The notes under the pieces are model-generated. The model was not told the DNA's origin, made no database searches, and was given only the letters and a program-made list of their open reading frames with translations. Source: Eledone cirrhosa (lineage: Eukaryota). From it: a stretch of DNA of 64,000 nt. Both the position numbers and the translations under genes were made by a program. Positions 14,601 to 30,800 of the stretch are shown here, piece after piece. The stretch lies in NCBI GenBank assembly GCA_964016885.1, contig OZ024741.1:11904001-11968000 (forward strand), read 5' to 3'. How positions within the stretch are numbered: the first letter of the stretch is position 1; each line of letters opens with the position of its first letter.

Positions 14601-17600
14601 TAGACTAGTCATTGACGGTATACAACCGTAGACACAGACTAGTCATAGACGGCATACAACTGTAGACTCACACAAGTCATTGACGGTATACAACTGTAGA
14701 CACAGACTAGTCCTAGACGGCATACAACTGTAGACACAGACTAGTCATAGACGGTATACATCTGTAGACATTGACTAGTCATTGACGGTATACAACTCTA
14801 GACATAGACTAGTCATAGACGGTATACAACTGTAGACACAGACTAGTCATAGACGGTATACAACTGTAGACACAGACTAGTCATTGACGGTATACAACTG
14901 TAGACACAGACTAGTCATACACGGTATACAACTGTAGACTCAGACTAGTCATTGACGGTATACAACTGTAGACACAGACTAGTCATACACGGTATACAAC
15001 TGCAGACTCAGACTAGTCATTGACGGTATACAACTGTAGACACAGACTAGGCATACACGGTATACAACTGTAGACTCAGACTAGTCATAGACGGTATACA
15101 ACTGTAGACATAGACTAGTCATAGACGGTATACAACTGTAGACATAGACTAGTCATTGACGGTATACAACTGTAGACTCAGACTAGTCATTGACGGTATA
15201 CAACTGTAGACACAGTCTAGGCATAGACGGTATACAACTGTAGACACAGACTAGTCATAGACGGTATACAACTGTAGACACAGACTAGTCATACACGGTA
15301 CACAACTGTAGACACAGACTAGGCATAGACGGTATACAACTGAAGACACAGACTAGTCATTGACGGTATACAACTGTAGACACAGACTAGTCATACACGG
15401 TATACAACTGTAGACTCAGACTAGTCATAGACGGTATACAACTGTAGACATAGACTAGTCATAGACGGTATACAACTGTAGACTCAGACTAGTCATTGAC
15501 GGTATACAACTGTAGACAAAGACTAGTCATACACGGTATACAACTGTAGACTCAGACTAGTCATTGACGGTATACAACTGTAGACACAGACTAGTCATAC
15601 ACGGTATACAACTGTAGACTCAGACTAGTCATTGACGGTATACAACTGTAGACACAGACTAGTCATAGACGGTATACAACTGTAGACACAGACTAGTCAT
15701 AGACGGTATACAACTGTAGACACAGACTAGTCATAGACGGTATACAACAATATACACAGACTAGTCATAGACGGTATACAACTGTAGACACAGACTAGTC
15801 ATAGACGGTATACAACAGTAGACACAGACTAGGCATAGACGGTATACAACTGTAGACTCAGACTAGTCATTGACGGTATACAACTGTAGACACAGACTAG
15901 TCATAGACGGTATACAACTGTAGACTCAGACTAGTCATTGACGGTATAAAACTGTAGACACAGACTAGTCATAGACGGTATACAACTGTAGACACAGACT
16001 AGTCATTGACGGTATACAACTGTAGACACAAACTAGTCATAGACGGTATACAACTGTAGACATAGACTAGTCATACACGGTATACAACTGTAGACATAGA
16101 CTAGGCATAGACGATATACAACTGTAGACATAGACTAGGCATACACGGTATACAACTGTAGACACAAACTAGTGATAGACGGTATACAACTCTAGACACA
16201 GACTAGTCATAGACGGTATACAACTGTAGACAGAGACTAGGCATAGACGGTATACAACTGTAGACACAGACTAGTCATAGACGGTATACAACTGTAGACA
16301 TAGACTAGTCATACACGGTATACAACTGTAGACATAGACTAGTCAGAGACGGTATACAACTGTAGACACAGACTAGTCATAGACGGTATACAACTGTAGA
16401 CATACACTAGGCATAGACGGTATACAACTGTAGACACAGACTAGTCATAGACGGTATACAACTGTAGACATAGACTAGTCATACACGGTATACAACTGTA
16501 GACACAGACTAGTCATAGACGGTATACAACTTTAGACATAGACTAGTTATACACGGTATACAACTGTAGACAGAGACTAGTCATAGACGGTATACAACTG
16601 TAGACATAGACTAGTCATACACGGTATACAACTGTAGACAGAGACTAGGCATAGACGGTATACAACTGTAGAAACAGACTAGCCATAGACGGTATACAAC
16701 TGTAGACACAGACTAGTCATAGACGGTATACAACTGTAGACATAGACTAGGCATAGACGGTATACAACTGTAGACATACACTAGTCATAGACGGTATACA
16801 ACTGTAGACACAGACTAGGCATAGATGGTATACAACTGTAGACACAGACTAGTCATACACGATATACAACTGTAGACATAGACTAGTCATAGACGGTATA
16901 CAACTGTAGACACAGACTAGTCATACACGGTATACAACTGTAGACATACACTAGTCATAGACGGTATACAACTGTACACACAGACTAGTCATAGACGGTA
17001 TACAACTGTAGACACAGACTAGTCATACACGGTATACAACTGTAGACACAGACTAGGCATAGACGGTATACAACTGTAGACACAGACTAGTCATACACGG
17101 TATACAACTGTAGACACAGACTAGTTATTGACGGTATACAACTGTAGACATAGACTAGTCATACATGGTATACAACTGTAGACATAGACATGTCATAGAT
17201 GGTATACAACTGTAGACATTGACTAGTCATAGACGGTATACAACTGTAGACACAGACTAGGCATAGACGGTATACAACTGTAGACACAGACTAGGCATAC
17301 ACGGTATACAACTGTAGACACAGACTAGTCATTGACGGTATACAACTGTAGACATAGACTAGTCATACACGGTATACAACCGTAGACATAGACTAGTCAT
17401 AGACGGTATACCACTGTAGAGATAGACTAGTCATAGACGCTATACAACTGTAGACATAGACTAGTCATACACGGTATACAACTGTAGGCATAGACTAGTC
17501 ATAGACGGTATACAACTGTAGACACAGACTATGCATAGACGGTATACAACTGTAGACACAGAGTAGTCATACACGGTATACAACTGTAGACATAGACTAG

Positions 17601-20600
17601 GCATAGACGGTATACAACCGTAGACACAGAGAAAACATAGACGGTATACAACCGTAGACATAGACTAGTTATAGACGGTATACAACAGTAGACACAGACT
17701 AGTCATAGTCGGTATACAACCGTAGACACAGACTAGTCTTAGACGGTATACAACTGTAGACATAGACAAGTCATAGACGGTATACAACTGTAGACACAAA
17801 CTAGTCATAGTCGGTATTCAACGGTAGACACAGACTATTCATAGACGGTATATAACTGTAGACACAGACTAGTTATAGACGGTATCCAACTGTAGAGATA
17901 GACTAGTCATAGACGGTATACAACTGTAGAGACAGACTAGTCATAGACGGTATATAACCGTAGACATAGACTAGTCATAGACGGTATACAACTGTAGACA
18001 TAGACTAGTCATAGACAGTATACAACTATAGACATAGACTAGTCATACACGGTACACAACTGTAGATATAGACTAGTCAAAGACGGTATACAACTGAAGA
18101 CTCAGACTAGGCATAGACGGTATACAATTGTAAACATAGACTAGTCATAGACGGTATACAACTGTAGACAATTCATAGACGGTATACAATCGTAGATATG
18201 ACAAGTCATAGACGGTATACAACTGTAGACATAGACTAGTCATAGACGGTATACAACTGTAGACACAGACTAGTCATACACGGTATACAACTGTAGACAT
18301 AGACTAGTCATAGACGGTATACAACTGTAGACATAGACTAGTCATAGACGGTATACAACTGTAGACATAGACTAGTCATCGTCGGTATACAACTGTAGAC
18401 ATAGACTAGTCATAGACGGTATACAACTGTAGACACACACTAGTGATAGACGGTATACAACTGTAAACATAGACTAGTGATAGACGGTATACAACTGTAG
18501 ACACAGACTAGTCATACACGGTATACAACTGTAGACACAGACTAGTCATTGACGGTATACAACTGAAGACATAGACTAGTCATACACGGTATACAAGTGT
18601 AGACATAGACTAGTCATAGACGGTATACCACTGTAGAGATAGACTAGTCATAGACGCTATACAACTGTAGACATAGACTAGTCATACACGGTATACAACT
18701 GTAGACACAGACTATGCATAGACGGTATACAACTGTAGACACAGAGTAGTCATACACGGTATACAACTGTAGACATAGACTAGGCATAGACGGTATACAA
18801 CCGTAGACACAGAGAAATCATAGACGGTATACAACCGTAGACATAGACTAGTCATAGACGGTATACAACAGTAGACACACACTAGTCATAGTCGGTATAC
18901 AATCGTAGACACAGACTAGTCATAGTCGGTATACAACGGTAGACACAGACTAGTCATAGACGGTATACAACAATATACACAGACTAGTCATAGACGGTAT
19001 ACAACTGTAGACACAGACTAGTCATAGACGGTATACAACTGTAGACACAGACTAGTCATAGACGGTATACAACAATATACACAGACTAGTCATAGACGGT
19101 ATACAACTGTAGACACAGACTAGTCATAGACGGTATACAACAGTAGACACAGACTAGGCATAGACGGTATACAACTGTAGACTCAGACTAGTCATTGACG
19201 GTATACAACTGTAGACACAGACTAGTCATAGACGGTATACAACTGTAGACTCAGACTAGTCATTGACGGTATAAAACTGTAGACACAGACTAGTCATAGA
19301 CGGTATACAACTGTAGACACAGACTAGTCATTGACGGTATACAACTGTAGACACAGACTAGTCATAGACGGTATACAACTGTAGACATAGACTAGTCATA
19401 CACGGTATACAACTGTAGACATAGACTAGGCATAGACGATATACAACTGTAGACATAGACTAGGCATACACGGTATACAACTGTAGACACAAACTAGTGA
19501 TAGACGGTATACAACTCTAGACACAGACTAGTCATAGACGGTATACTACTGTAGACAGAGACTAGGCATAGACGGTATACAACTGTAGACACAGACTAGT
19601 CATAGACGGTATACAACTGTAGACATAGACTAGTCATACACGGTATACAACTGTAGACATAGACTAGTCAGAGACGGTATACAACTGTAGACACAGACTA
19701 GTCATAGACGGTATACAACTGTAGACATACACTAGGCATAGACGGTATACAACTGTAGACACAGACTAGTCATAGACGGTATACAACTGTAGACATAGAC
19801 TAGTCATACACGGTATACAACTGTAGACACAGACTAGTCATAGACGGTATACAACTTTAGACATAGACTAGTTATACACGGTATACAACTGTAGACAGAG
19901 ACTAGTCATAGACGGTATACAACTGTAGACATAGACTAGTCATACACGGTATACAACTGTAGACAGAGACTAGGCATAGACGGTATACAACTGTAGAAAC
20001 AGACTAGCCATAGACGGTATACAACTGTAGACACAGACTAGTCATAGACGGTATACAACTGTAGACATAGACTAGGCATAGACGGTATACAACTGTAGAC
20101 ATACACTAGTCATAGATGGTATACAACTGTAGACACAGACTAGGCATAGATGGTATACAACTGTAGACACAGACTAGTCATACACGATATACAACTGTAG
20201 ACATAGACTAGTCATAGACGGTATACAACTGTAGACACAGACTAGTCATACACGGTATACAACTGTAGACATACACTAGTCATAGACGGTATACAACTGT
20301 ACACACAGACTAGTCATAGACGGTATACAACTGTAGACACAGACTAGTCATACACGGTATACAACTGTAGACACAGACTAGGCATAGACGGTATACAACT
20401 GTAGACACAGACTAGTCATACACGGTATACAACTGTAGACACAGACTAGTTATTGACGGTATACAACTGTAGACATAGACTAGTCATACATGGTATACAA
20501 CTGTAGACATAGACATGTCATAGATGGTATACAACTGTAGACATTGACTAGTCATAGACGGTATACAACTGTAGACACAGACTAGGCATAGACGGTATAC

Positions 20601-22700
20601 AACTGTAGACACAGACTAGGCATACACGGTATACAACTGTAGACACAGACTAGTCATTGACGGTATACAACTGTAGACATAGACTAGTCATACACGGTAT
20701 ACAACTGTAGACATAGACTAGTCATAGACGGTATACCACTGTAGAGATAGACTAGTCATAGACGCTATACAACTGTAGACATAGACTAGTCATACACGGT
20801 ATACAACTTTAGGCATAGACTAGTCATAGACGGTATACAACTGTAGACACAGACTATGCATAGACGGTATACAACTGTAGACACAGAGTAGTCATACACG
20901 GTATACAACTGTAGACATAGACTAGGCATAGACGGTATACAACCGTAGACACAGAGAAAACATAGACGGTATACAACCGTAGACATAGACTAGTTATAGA
21001 CGGTATACAAAAGTAGACACAGACTAGTCATAGTCGGTATACAACCGTAGACACAGACTAGTCTTAGACGGTATACAACTGTAGACATAGACAAGTCATA
21101 GACGGTATACAACTGTAGACACAAACTAGTCATAGTCGGTATTCAACGGTAGACACAGACTATTCATAGACGGTATATAACTGTAGACACAGACTAGTTA
21201 TAGACGGTATCCAACTGTAGAGATAGACTAGTCATAGACGGTATACAACTGTAGAGACAGACTAGTCATAGACGGTATCCAACCGTAGACATAGACTAGT
21301 CATAGACGGTATACAACTGTAGACATAGACTAGTCATAGACAGTATACAACTATAGACATAGACTAGTCATACACGGTACACAACTGTAGATATAGACTA
21401 GTCAAAGACGGTATACAACTGAAGACTCAGACTAGGCATAGACGGTATACAATTGTAAACATAGACTAGTCATAGACGGTATACAACTGTAGACAATTCA
21501 TAGACGGTATACAATCGTAGATATGACAAGTCATAGACGGTATACAACTGTAGACATAGACTAGTCATAGAAGGTATACAACTGTAGACACAGACTAGTC
21601 ATACACGGTATAGAACTGTAGACATAGACTAGTCATAGACGGTATACAACTGTAGACATAGACTAGTCATAGACGGTATAGAACTGTAGACATAGACTAG
21701 TCATCGTCGGTATACAACTGTAGACATAGACTAGTCATAGACGGTATACAACTGTAGACACACACTAGTGATAGACGGTATACAACTGTAAACATAGACT
21801 AGTGATAGACGGTATACAACTGTAGACACAGACTAGTCATACACGGTATACAACTGTAGACACAGACTAGTCATTGACGGTATACAACTGAAGACATAGA
21901 CTAGTCATACACGGTATACAAGTGTAGACATAGACTAGTCATAGACGGTATACCACTGTAGAGATAGACTAGTCATAGACGCTATACAACTGTAGACATA
22001 GACTAGTCATACACGGTATACAACTGTAGACACAGACTATGCATAGACGGTATACAACTGTAGACACAGAGTAGTCATACACGGTATACAACTGTAGACA
22101 TAGACTAGGCATAGACGGTATACAACCGTAGACACAGAGAAATCATAGACGGTATACAACCGTAGACATAGACTAGTCATAGACGGTATACAACAGTAGA
22201 CACACACTAGTCATAGTCGGTATACAATCGTAGACACAGACTAATCATAGTCGGTATACAACGGTAGACACAGACTAGTCATAGACGGTATATAACTGTA
22301 GACATAGACTAGTTATAGACGGTATCCAACTATAGAGAAAGACTAGTCATAGACGGTATACAACTGTAGAGACAGACTAGTCATAGACGGTATACAACCG
22401 TAGACATAGACTAGTCATAGTCGGTATATAACCGTAGACACAGACTAGTCATAGTCGGTATACAACTGTAGACATAGACTAGTCATAGACGGTATACAAC
22501 TGTAGACACAGACTAGTCATAGACGGTATACAACTGTAAACACAGACTAGTCATAGACGGTATACAACTGTAGACACAGACTAGTCATAGACGGTATACA
22601 ACTGTAGACATAGACTAGTCATAGACGGTATACAACTGTAGACATAGACTAGTCATAGACAGTATACAACTATAGACATAGACTAGTCATACACGGTACA
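5620..22700. repeat. Four related ~2.2-3.4 kb higher-order blocks (offsets 3468, 6929, 3325 bp)
   Basis: The near-identical 66-aa ORF marker lies at 7064, 10532, 17461 and 20786. 3468 = 102 x 34, 6929 = 204 x 34 - 7 and 3325 = 98 x 34 - 7. The -7 matches the 'gacaattcatag' (-6) plus 'gatatgac' (-1) monomer pair. The markers caacaatatac (8816, 15745, 19070) and gacaattcat (18167, 21492) give the same offsets. Confidence 0.9.
12430..15900. repeat. Tandem duplication with up to 1,768-bp (52-monomer) offset
   Basis: caacaatatac lies at 13977 and 15745 (1768 = 52 x 34). The shared 'actgcagactc' and 'cagtctaggc' variants occur in the same order in both copies. Boundaries are approximate. Confidence 0.75.
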
Positions 22701-24159
22701 CAACTGTAGATGTAGACTAGTCATAGACGGTATACAACTGTAGACACTGTCTAGGCATATACGGTATACAACTGTAGACATAGACAAGTCATAGACGGTA
22801 TACAATTGTAGACATAGACAAGTCATAGACGGTATACAACTGTAGACAATTCATAGACGGTATACAATCGTAGATATGACAAGTCATAGACGGTATACAA
22901 CTGTAGACATAGACTAGTCATAGACGGTATACAACTGTAGACACAGACTAGTCATACACGGTATACAACTGTAGACATAGACTAGTCATAGACGGTATAC
23001 AACTGTAGACATAGACTAGTCATAGACGGTATACAACTGTAGACATAGACTAGTCATCGTCGGTATACAACTGTAGACACTAACTAGGCATAGACGGTAT
23101 ACAACTGTAAACATATACTAGTCATAGACGGTATACAACTGTAGACACTGTCTAGGCATATACGGTATACAACTGAAGACACAGACTAGTCATAGACGGT
23201 ATACAACTGTAAACATATACTAGTCATAGACGGTATACAACTGTAGACACTGTCTAGGCATATACGGTATACAACTGTAGACACAGACTAGTCATACACG
23301 GTATAAAACTGTAGATATAGACTAGTCATAGACGGTATACAACTGTAGACACAGACTAGTTATATACAGTATACAACTGTAGACACAGACTAGTCATACA
23401 CGGTATAAAACTGTAGACATAGACTAGTCATAGACGGTATACAACTGTAGACATAGACTAGGCATAGACGGTATACAACTGTAGACATAGACTAGTCATA
23501 CACGGTATACAACTGTAGACACAGACTAGTCATACACGGTATAAAACTGTAGACATAGACTAGTCATAGAGGGTATACAACTGTAGACATAGACTAGGCA
23601 TAGACGGTATAAAACTGTAGACATAGACTAGTCATAGATGGTAGACAACTGTAGACATACACTAGTCATAGATGGTATACAACTGTAGACACAGACTAGT
23701 CATAGACGGTATACAACTGTAGACACACACTAGTCATACACGGTATACAACTCTAGACACAGATTAGTCATATACGGTATACAACTTTAGACATAGACTA
23801 GGCATAGACGGTATAAAACTGTAGACACAGACTAGTCATACACGGTATAAAACTGTAGACATAGACTAGTCATAGACGGTATAGAACTGTAGACACAGAC
23901 TAGGCATAGACGGTATACAACTGTAGACAGAGACTAGTCATACACGGTAGACAACTGTAGAGATAGACTAGTCTTACTCGGTATACAACTGTAGACATAC
24001 ATTAGGCATAGACGGTATACAACTGTAGACACAGACTAGTCATACACGGTATACAACTGTAGACAGAGACTAGTCATACACGGTAGCCAATGTAGACATA
24101 CACTAGGCATAGACGGTATACAACTGTAGACATACACTAGGCATAGACGGTATACAACT

Positions 24160-24740
24160 GTAGACACAGACTAGTCATAGACGGTATACAACTGTAGACA
24201 CAGACTAGTCATACACGGTATACAACTGTAGACATAGACTAGTCATAGACGGCATACAACTGTAGACACAGACTAGTCATAGACGGTATACAACTGTAGA
24301 CACAGACTAGTCATACACGGTATACAACTGTAGACATACACTAGGCATAGACGGTATACAACTGTAGACATAGACTAGTCATAGACGGCATACAACTGTA
24401 GACACAGACTAGTCATAGACTGTATACAACTGTAGACACAGACTAGTCATAGACGGTATACAACTGTAGACAGACTAGTCATACACGGTATACAACTGTA
24501 GACATACACTAGGCATAGACGGTATACAACTGTAGACATAGACTAGTCATAGACGGCATACAACTGTAGACACAGACTAGTCATAGACGGTATACAACTG
24601 TAGACACAGACTAGTCATAGACGGTATACAACTGTAGACACAGACTAGTCATACACGGTATACAACTGTAGACATACACTAGGCATAGACGGTATACAAC
24701 TGTAGACACAGACTAGTCATAGACGGCATACAACTGTAGA
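24160..24740. repeat. Short 5-monomer (170-bp) higher-order repeat, about 3 copies
   Basis: catacactaggc lies at 24335, 24503 and 24673 (offsets 168, including a 2-bp deletion near 24470, and 170). Each is followed by a 'gacggcatac' monomer. Confidence 0.75.
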
Positions 24741-25089
24741 CACAGACTAGTCATAGACGGTATACAACTGTAGACATAGACTAGTCATTGACGATATACA
24801 ACTGTAGACACAGACTAGTCATAGACGGCATACAACTGTAGACTCAGACTAGTCATTGACGGTATACAACTGTAGACACAGACTTGTCATAGTCGGCATA
24901 CAACTGTAGACACAGACTAGTCATAGACGGTATACAACTGTAGACATAGACTAGTCATTGACGGTATACAACTGTAGACACAGACTAGTCATAGACGGCA
25001 TACAACTGTAGACTCAGACAAGTCATTGACGGTATACAACTGTAGACACAGACTAGTCATAGACGGCATACAACTGTAGACACAGACTA

Positions 25090-27830
25090 GTCATTGACGG
25101 TATACAACTGTAGACACAGACTAGTCATACACGGTATACAACTGTAGACTCAGACTAGTCATTGACGGTATACAACTGTAGACACAGACTAGTCATACAC
25201 GGTATACAACTGTAGACTCAGACTAGTCATTGACGGTATACAACTGTAGACACAGACTAGGCATACACGGTATACAACTGTAGACTCAGACTAGTCATAG
25301 ACGGTATACAACTGTAGACATAGACTAGTCATAGACGGTATACAACTGTAGACATAGACTAGTCATTGACGGTATACAACTGTAGACTCAGACTAGTCAT
25401 TGACGGTATACAACTGTAGACACAGTCTAGGCATAGACGGTATACAACTGTAGACACAGACTAGTCATAGACGGTATACAACTGTAGACACAGACTAGTC
25501 ATACACGGTATACAACTGTAGACACAGACTAGGCATAGACGGTATACAACTGAAGACACAGACTCGTCATTGACGGTATACAACTGTAGACACAGACTAG
25601 TCATACACGGTATACAACTGTAGACTCAGACTAGTCATAGACGGTATACAACTGTAGACATAGACTAGTCATAGACGGTATACAACTGTAGACTCAGACT
25701 AGTCATTGACGGTATACAACTATAGACACAGACTAGTCATACACGGTATACAACTGTAGACTCAGACTAGTCATTGACGGTATACAACTGTAGACACAGA
25801 CTAGTCATACACGGTATACAACTATAGACTCAGACTAGTCATTGACGGTATACAACTGTAGACACAGACTAGTCATAGACGGTATACAACTGTAGACACA
25901 GACTAGTCATAGACGGTATACAACTGTAGACACAGACTAGTCATAGACGGTATACAACAGTATACACAGACTAGTCATAGACGGTATACAACTGTAGACT
26001 CAGACTAGTCATTGACGGTATACAACTGTAGACACAGACTAGTCATAGACGGTATACAACTGTAGACGCAGACTAGTCATAGACGGTATACAACAGTAGA
26101 CACAGACTAGGCATAGACGGTATACAACTGTAGACTCAAACTAGTCTTTGACGGTATACAACTGTAGACACAGTCTAGTCATACACGGTATACAACTGTA
26201 GACTCAGACTAGTCATTGACGGTATACAACTGTAGACACAGACTAGTCATAGACGGTATACAACTGTAGACACAGACTAGTCATTGACGGTATACAAGTG
26301 TAGACACAGACTAGTCATAGACGGTATACAACTGTAGACATAGACTAGTCATACACGGTATACAACTGTAGACATAGACTAGGCATAGACGGTATACAAC
26401 TGTAGACACAGACTAGTCATAGACGGTATACAACTGTAGACACAGACTAGTCATACACGGTATACAACTGTAGACACAGACTAGGCATAGACGGTATACA
26501 ACTGAAGACACAGACTAGTCATTGACGGTATACAACTGTAGACACAGACTAGTCATACACGGTATACAACTGTAGACTCAGACTAGTCATAGACGGTATA
26601 CAACTGTAGACATAGACTAGTCATAGACGGTATACAACTGTAGACTCAGACTAGTCATTGACGGTATACAACTGTAGACACAGACTAGTCATACACGGTA
26701 TACAACTGTAGACTCAGACTAGTCATTGACGGTATACAACTGTAGACACAGACTAGTCATACACGGTATACAACTGTAGACTCAGACTAGTCATTGACGG
26801 TATACAACTGTAGACACAGACTAGGCATACACGGTATACAACTGTAGACTCAGACTAGTCATAGACGGTATACAACTGTAGACATAGACTAGTCATAGAC
26901 GGTATACAACTGTAGACATAGACTAGTCATTGACGGTATACAACTGTAGACTCAGACTAGTCATTGACGGTATACAACTGTAGACACAGTCTAGGCATAG
27001 ACGGTATACAACTGTAGACACAGACTAGTCATAGACGGTATACAACTGTAGACACAGACTAGTCATACACGGTATACAACTGTAGACACAGACTAGGCAT
27101 AGACGGTATACAACTGAAGACACAGACTAGTCATTGACGGTATACAACTGTAGACACAGACTAGTCATACACGGTATACAACTGTAGACTCAGACTAGTC
27201 ATAGACGGTATACAACTGTAGACATAGACTAGTCATAGACGGTATACAACTGTAGACTCAGACTAGTCATTGACGGTATACAACTGTAGACACAGACTAG
27301 TCATACACGGTATACAACTGTAGACTCAGACTAGTCATTGACGGTATACAACTGTAGACACAGACTAGTCATACACGGTATACAACTATAGACTCAGACT
27401 AGTCATTGACGGTATACAACTGTAGACACAGACTAGTCATAGACGGTATACAACTGTAGACACAGTCTAGTCATAGACGGTATACAACTGTAGACACAGA
27501 CTAGTCATAGACGGTATACAACAGTATACACAGACTAGTCATAGACGGTATACAACTGTAGACTCAGACTAGTCATTGACAGTATACAACTGTAGACACA
27601 GACTAGTCATAGACGGTATACAACTGTAGACGCAGACTAGTCATAGACGGTATACAACAGTAGACACAGACTAGGCATAGACGGTATACAACTGTAGACT
27701 CAAACTAGTCTTTGACGGTATACAACTGTAGACACAGTCTAGTCATACACGGTATACAACTGTAGACTCAGACTAGTCATTGACGGTATACAACTGTAGA
27801 CACAGACTAGTCATAGACGGTATACAACTG
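25090..27830. repeat. Duplication with 1,564-bp (46-monomer) offset
   Basis: ctaggcatacac lies at 25257/26821 and gacgcagac at 26065/27629. 'ctcaaactagtctttg' and 'caacagtatacac' are also duplicated. 1564 = 46 x 34. Confidence 0.88.
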
Positions 27831-30800
27831 TAGACATAGACTAGTCATACACGGTATACAACTGTAGACATAGACTAGGCATAGACGGTATACAACTGTA
27901 GACATAGACTAGGCATACACGGTATACAACTGTAGACACAAACTAGTGATAGACGGTATACAACTGTAGACACAGACTAGTCATAGACGGTATACAACTG
28001 TAGACATAGACTAGTCATACACGGTATACAACTGTAGACAGAGACTAGGCATAGACGGTATACAACTGTAGACACAGACTAGTCATAGACGGTATACAAC
28101 TGTAGACATAGACTAGTCATACACGGTATACAACTGTAGACATAGACTAGTCAGAGACGGTATACAACTGTAGACACAGACTAGTCATAGACGGTATACA
28201 ACTGTAGACATACACTAGGCATAGACGGTATACAACTGTAGACACAGACTAGTCATAGACGGTATACAACTGTAGACATAGACTAGTCATACACGGTATA
28301 CAACTGTAGACACAGACTAGTCATAGACGGTATACAACTTTAGACAGACTAGTTATACACGGTATACAACTGTAGACAGAGACTACTCATAGACGGTATA
28401 CAACTGTAGACATAGACTAGTCATACACGGTATACAACTGTAGACAGAGACTAGGCATAGACGGTATACAACTGTAGACATAGACTAGTCATACACGGTA
28501 TACAACTGTAGACATAGACTAGTCATAGACGGTATACAACTGTAGACATAGACTAGTCATACACGGTATACAACTGTAGACAGAGACTAGGCATAGACGG
28601 TATACAACTGTAGACATAGACTAGTCATACACGGTATACAACTGTAGACATAGACTAGTCATAGACGGTATACAACTGTAGACACAGACTAGTCATAGAC
28701 GGTATACAACTGTAGACATACACTAGGCATAGACGGTATACAACTGTAGACACAGACTAGTCATAGACGGTATACAACTGTAGACATAGACTAGTCATAC
28801 ACGGTATACAACTGTAGACACAGACTAGGCATAGACGGTATACAACTGTAGACACAGACAAGTCATAGACGGTATACAACTGTAGACACAGACAAGTCAT
28901 AGACGGTATACAACTGTAGACACAGACTAGTCATAGTCGCTATACAACTGTAGACACAGACTAGGCATAGACGGTATACAACTGTAGACATAGACTAGTC
29001 ATAGACGGTAAACAACTGTAGACACAGACTAGGCATAGACGGTATACAACTGTAGACATAGACTAGTCATAGACGGTATACAACTGTAGACACAGACTAG
29101 GCATAAAACGGTATACAACTGTAGACATAGACTAGTCATACACGGTATACAACTGTAGACACAGACTAGTCATAGACGGTATACAACTGTAGACACAGAC
29201 TAGTCATAGACGGTATACAACTGTAGACACAGACTAGGCATAGACGGTATACAACTGTAAACACTGACTAGTCATAGATGGCATACAACTGTAGACACAG
29301 ACTAGGCATAGACGGTATACAACTGTAGACACAGACTAGTCATACACGGTATACAACTGTAGACACAGACTAGGCATAGACGGTATACAACTGTAGACAT
29401 AGACTAGTCATAGACGGTATACAACTGTAGACACAGACTAGCCATAGACGGTATACAACTGTAGACATAGACTAGTCATAGACGGTATACAACTGTAGTC
29501 ACAGACTAGCCATAGACGGTATACAACTGTAGACATAGACTAGTCATAGACGGTATACAACTGTAGACACAGACTAGCCATAGACGCTATACAACTGTAG
29601 ACATAGACTAGTCATAGACGGTATACAACTGTGGACACAGACTAGGCATAGACGGTATACAACTGTAGACACAGACTAGTCATACACGGTATAGAACTGT
29701 AGACACAGACTAGTCATAGACGGTATACAACTGTAGACACAGACTAGCCATAGACGGTATACAACTGTAGACACAGACTAGGCATAGACGGTATACAACT
29801 GTAGACATACACTAGTCATAGACGGTATACAACTGTAGACATAGACTAGGCATAGACGGTATACAACTGTAGACACAGACTAGTCATACACGGTATACAA
29901 CTGTAGACACAGACTAGTCATAGACGGTATACAATTGTAGACACAGACTAGTCATACACAGTATACAACTGTAGACACAGACTAGTCATACACGGTATAC
30001 AACTGTAGACACAGACTAGTCATAGTCGGTATACAACTGTAGACACAGACTAGGCATAGACGGTATACAACTGTAGACATAGACAAGTCATAGTCGGTAT
30101 ACAACTGTAGACACAGACTAGGCATAGACGGTATACAACTGTAGATATAGACTAGTCATAGACGGTATAAAACTGTAGACACAGACTAGTCATAGACGGT
30201 ATACAACTGTAGACATAGACTAGTCATAGACGGTATACAACTGTAGACACAGACTAGTCATAGACGGTATACAACTGTAGACACAGACTAGCCATAGACG
30301 GTATACAACTGTAGACACAGACTAGTCATAGACGGTATACAACTGTAGACATACACTAGTCATAGACGGTATACAACTGTAGACTCAGACTAGTCATAGA
30401 CGGTATACAACTGTAGACATACACTAGTCATAGTCGGTATACAACTGTAGACACAGACTAGGCATAGACGGTATACAACTGTAGAAATACACTAGTCATA
30501 GACGGTATACAACTGTAGACACAGACTAGCCATAGACGGTATACAACTGTAGACACAGACTAGTCATAGACGGTATACAACTGTAGACATAGACTAGGCA
30601 TAGACGGTATACAACTGTAGACATACACTAGTCATAGACGGTATACAACTGTAGACACAGACTAGCCATAGACGGTATACAACTGTAGACAGACTAGCCA
30701 TATACGGTATACAACTGTAGACATACACTAGCCATAGACGGTATACAACTGTAGACACAGACTAGTCATACACGGTATACAACTGTAGACATACACTAGT

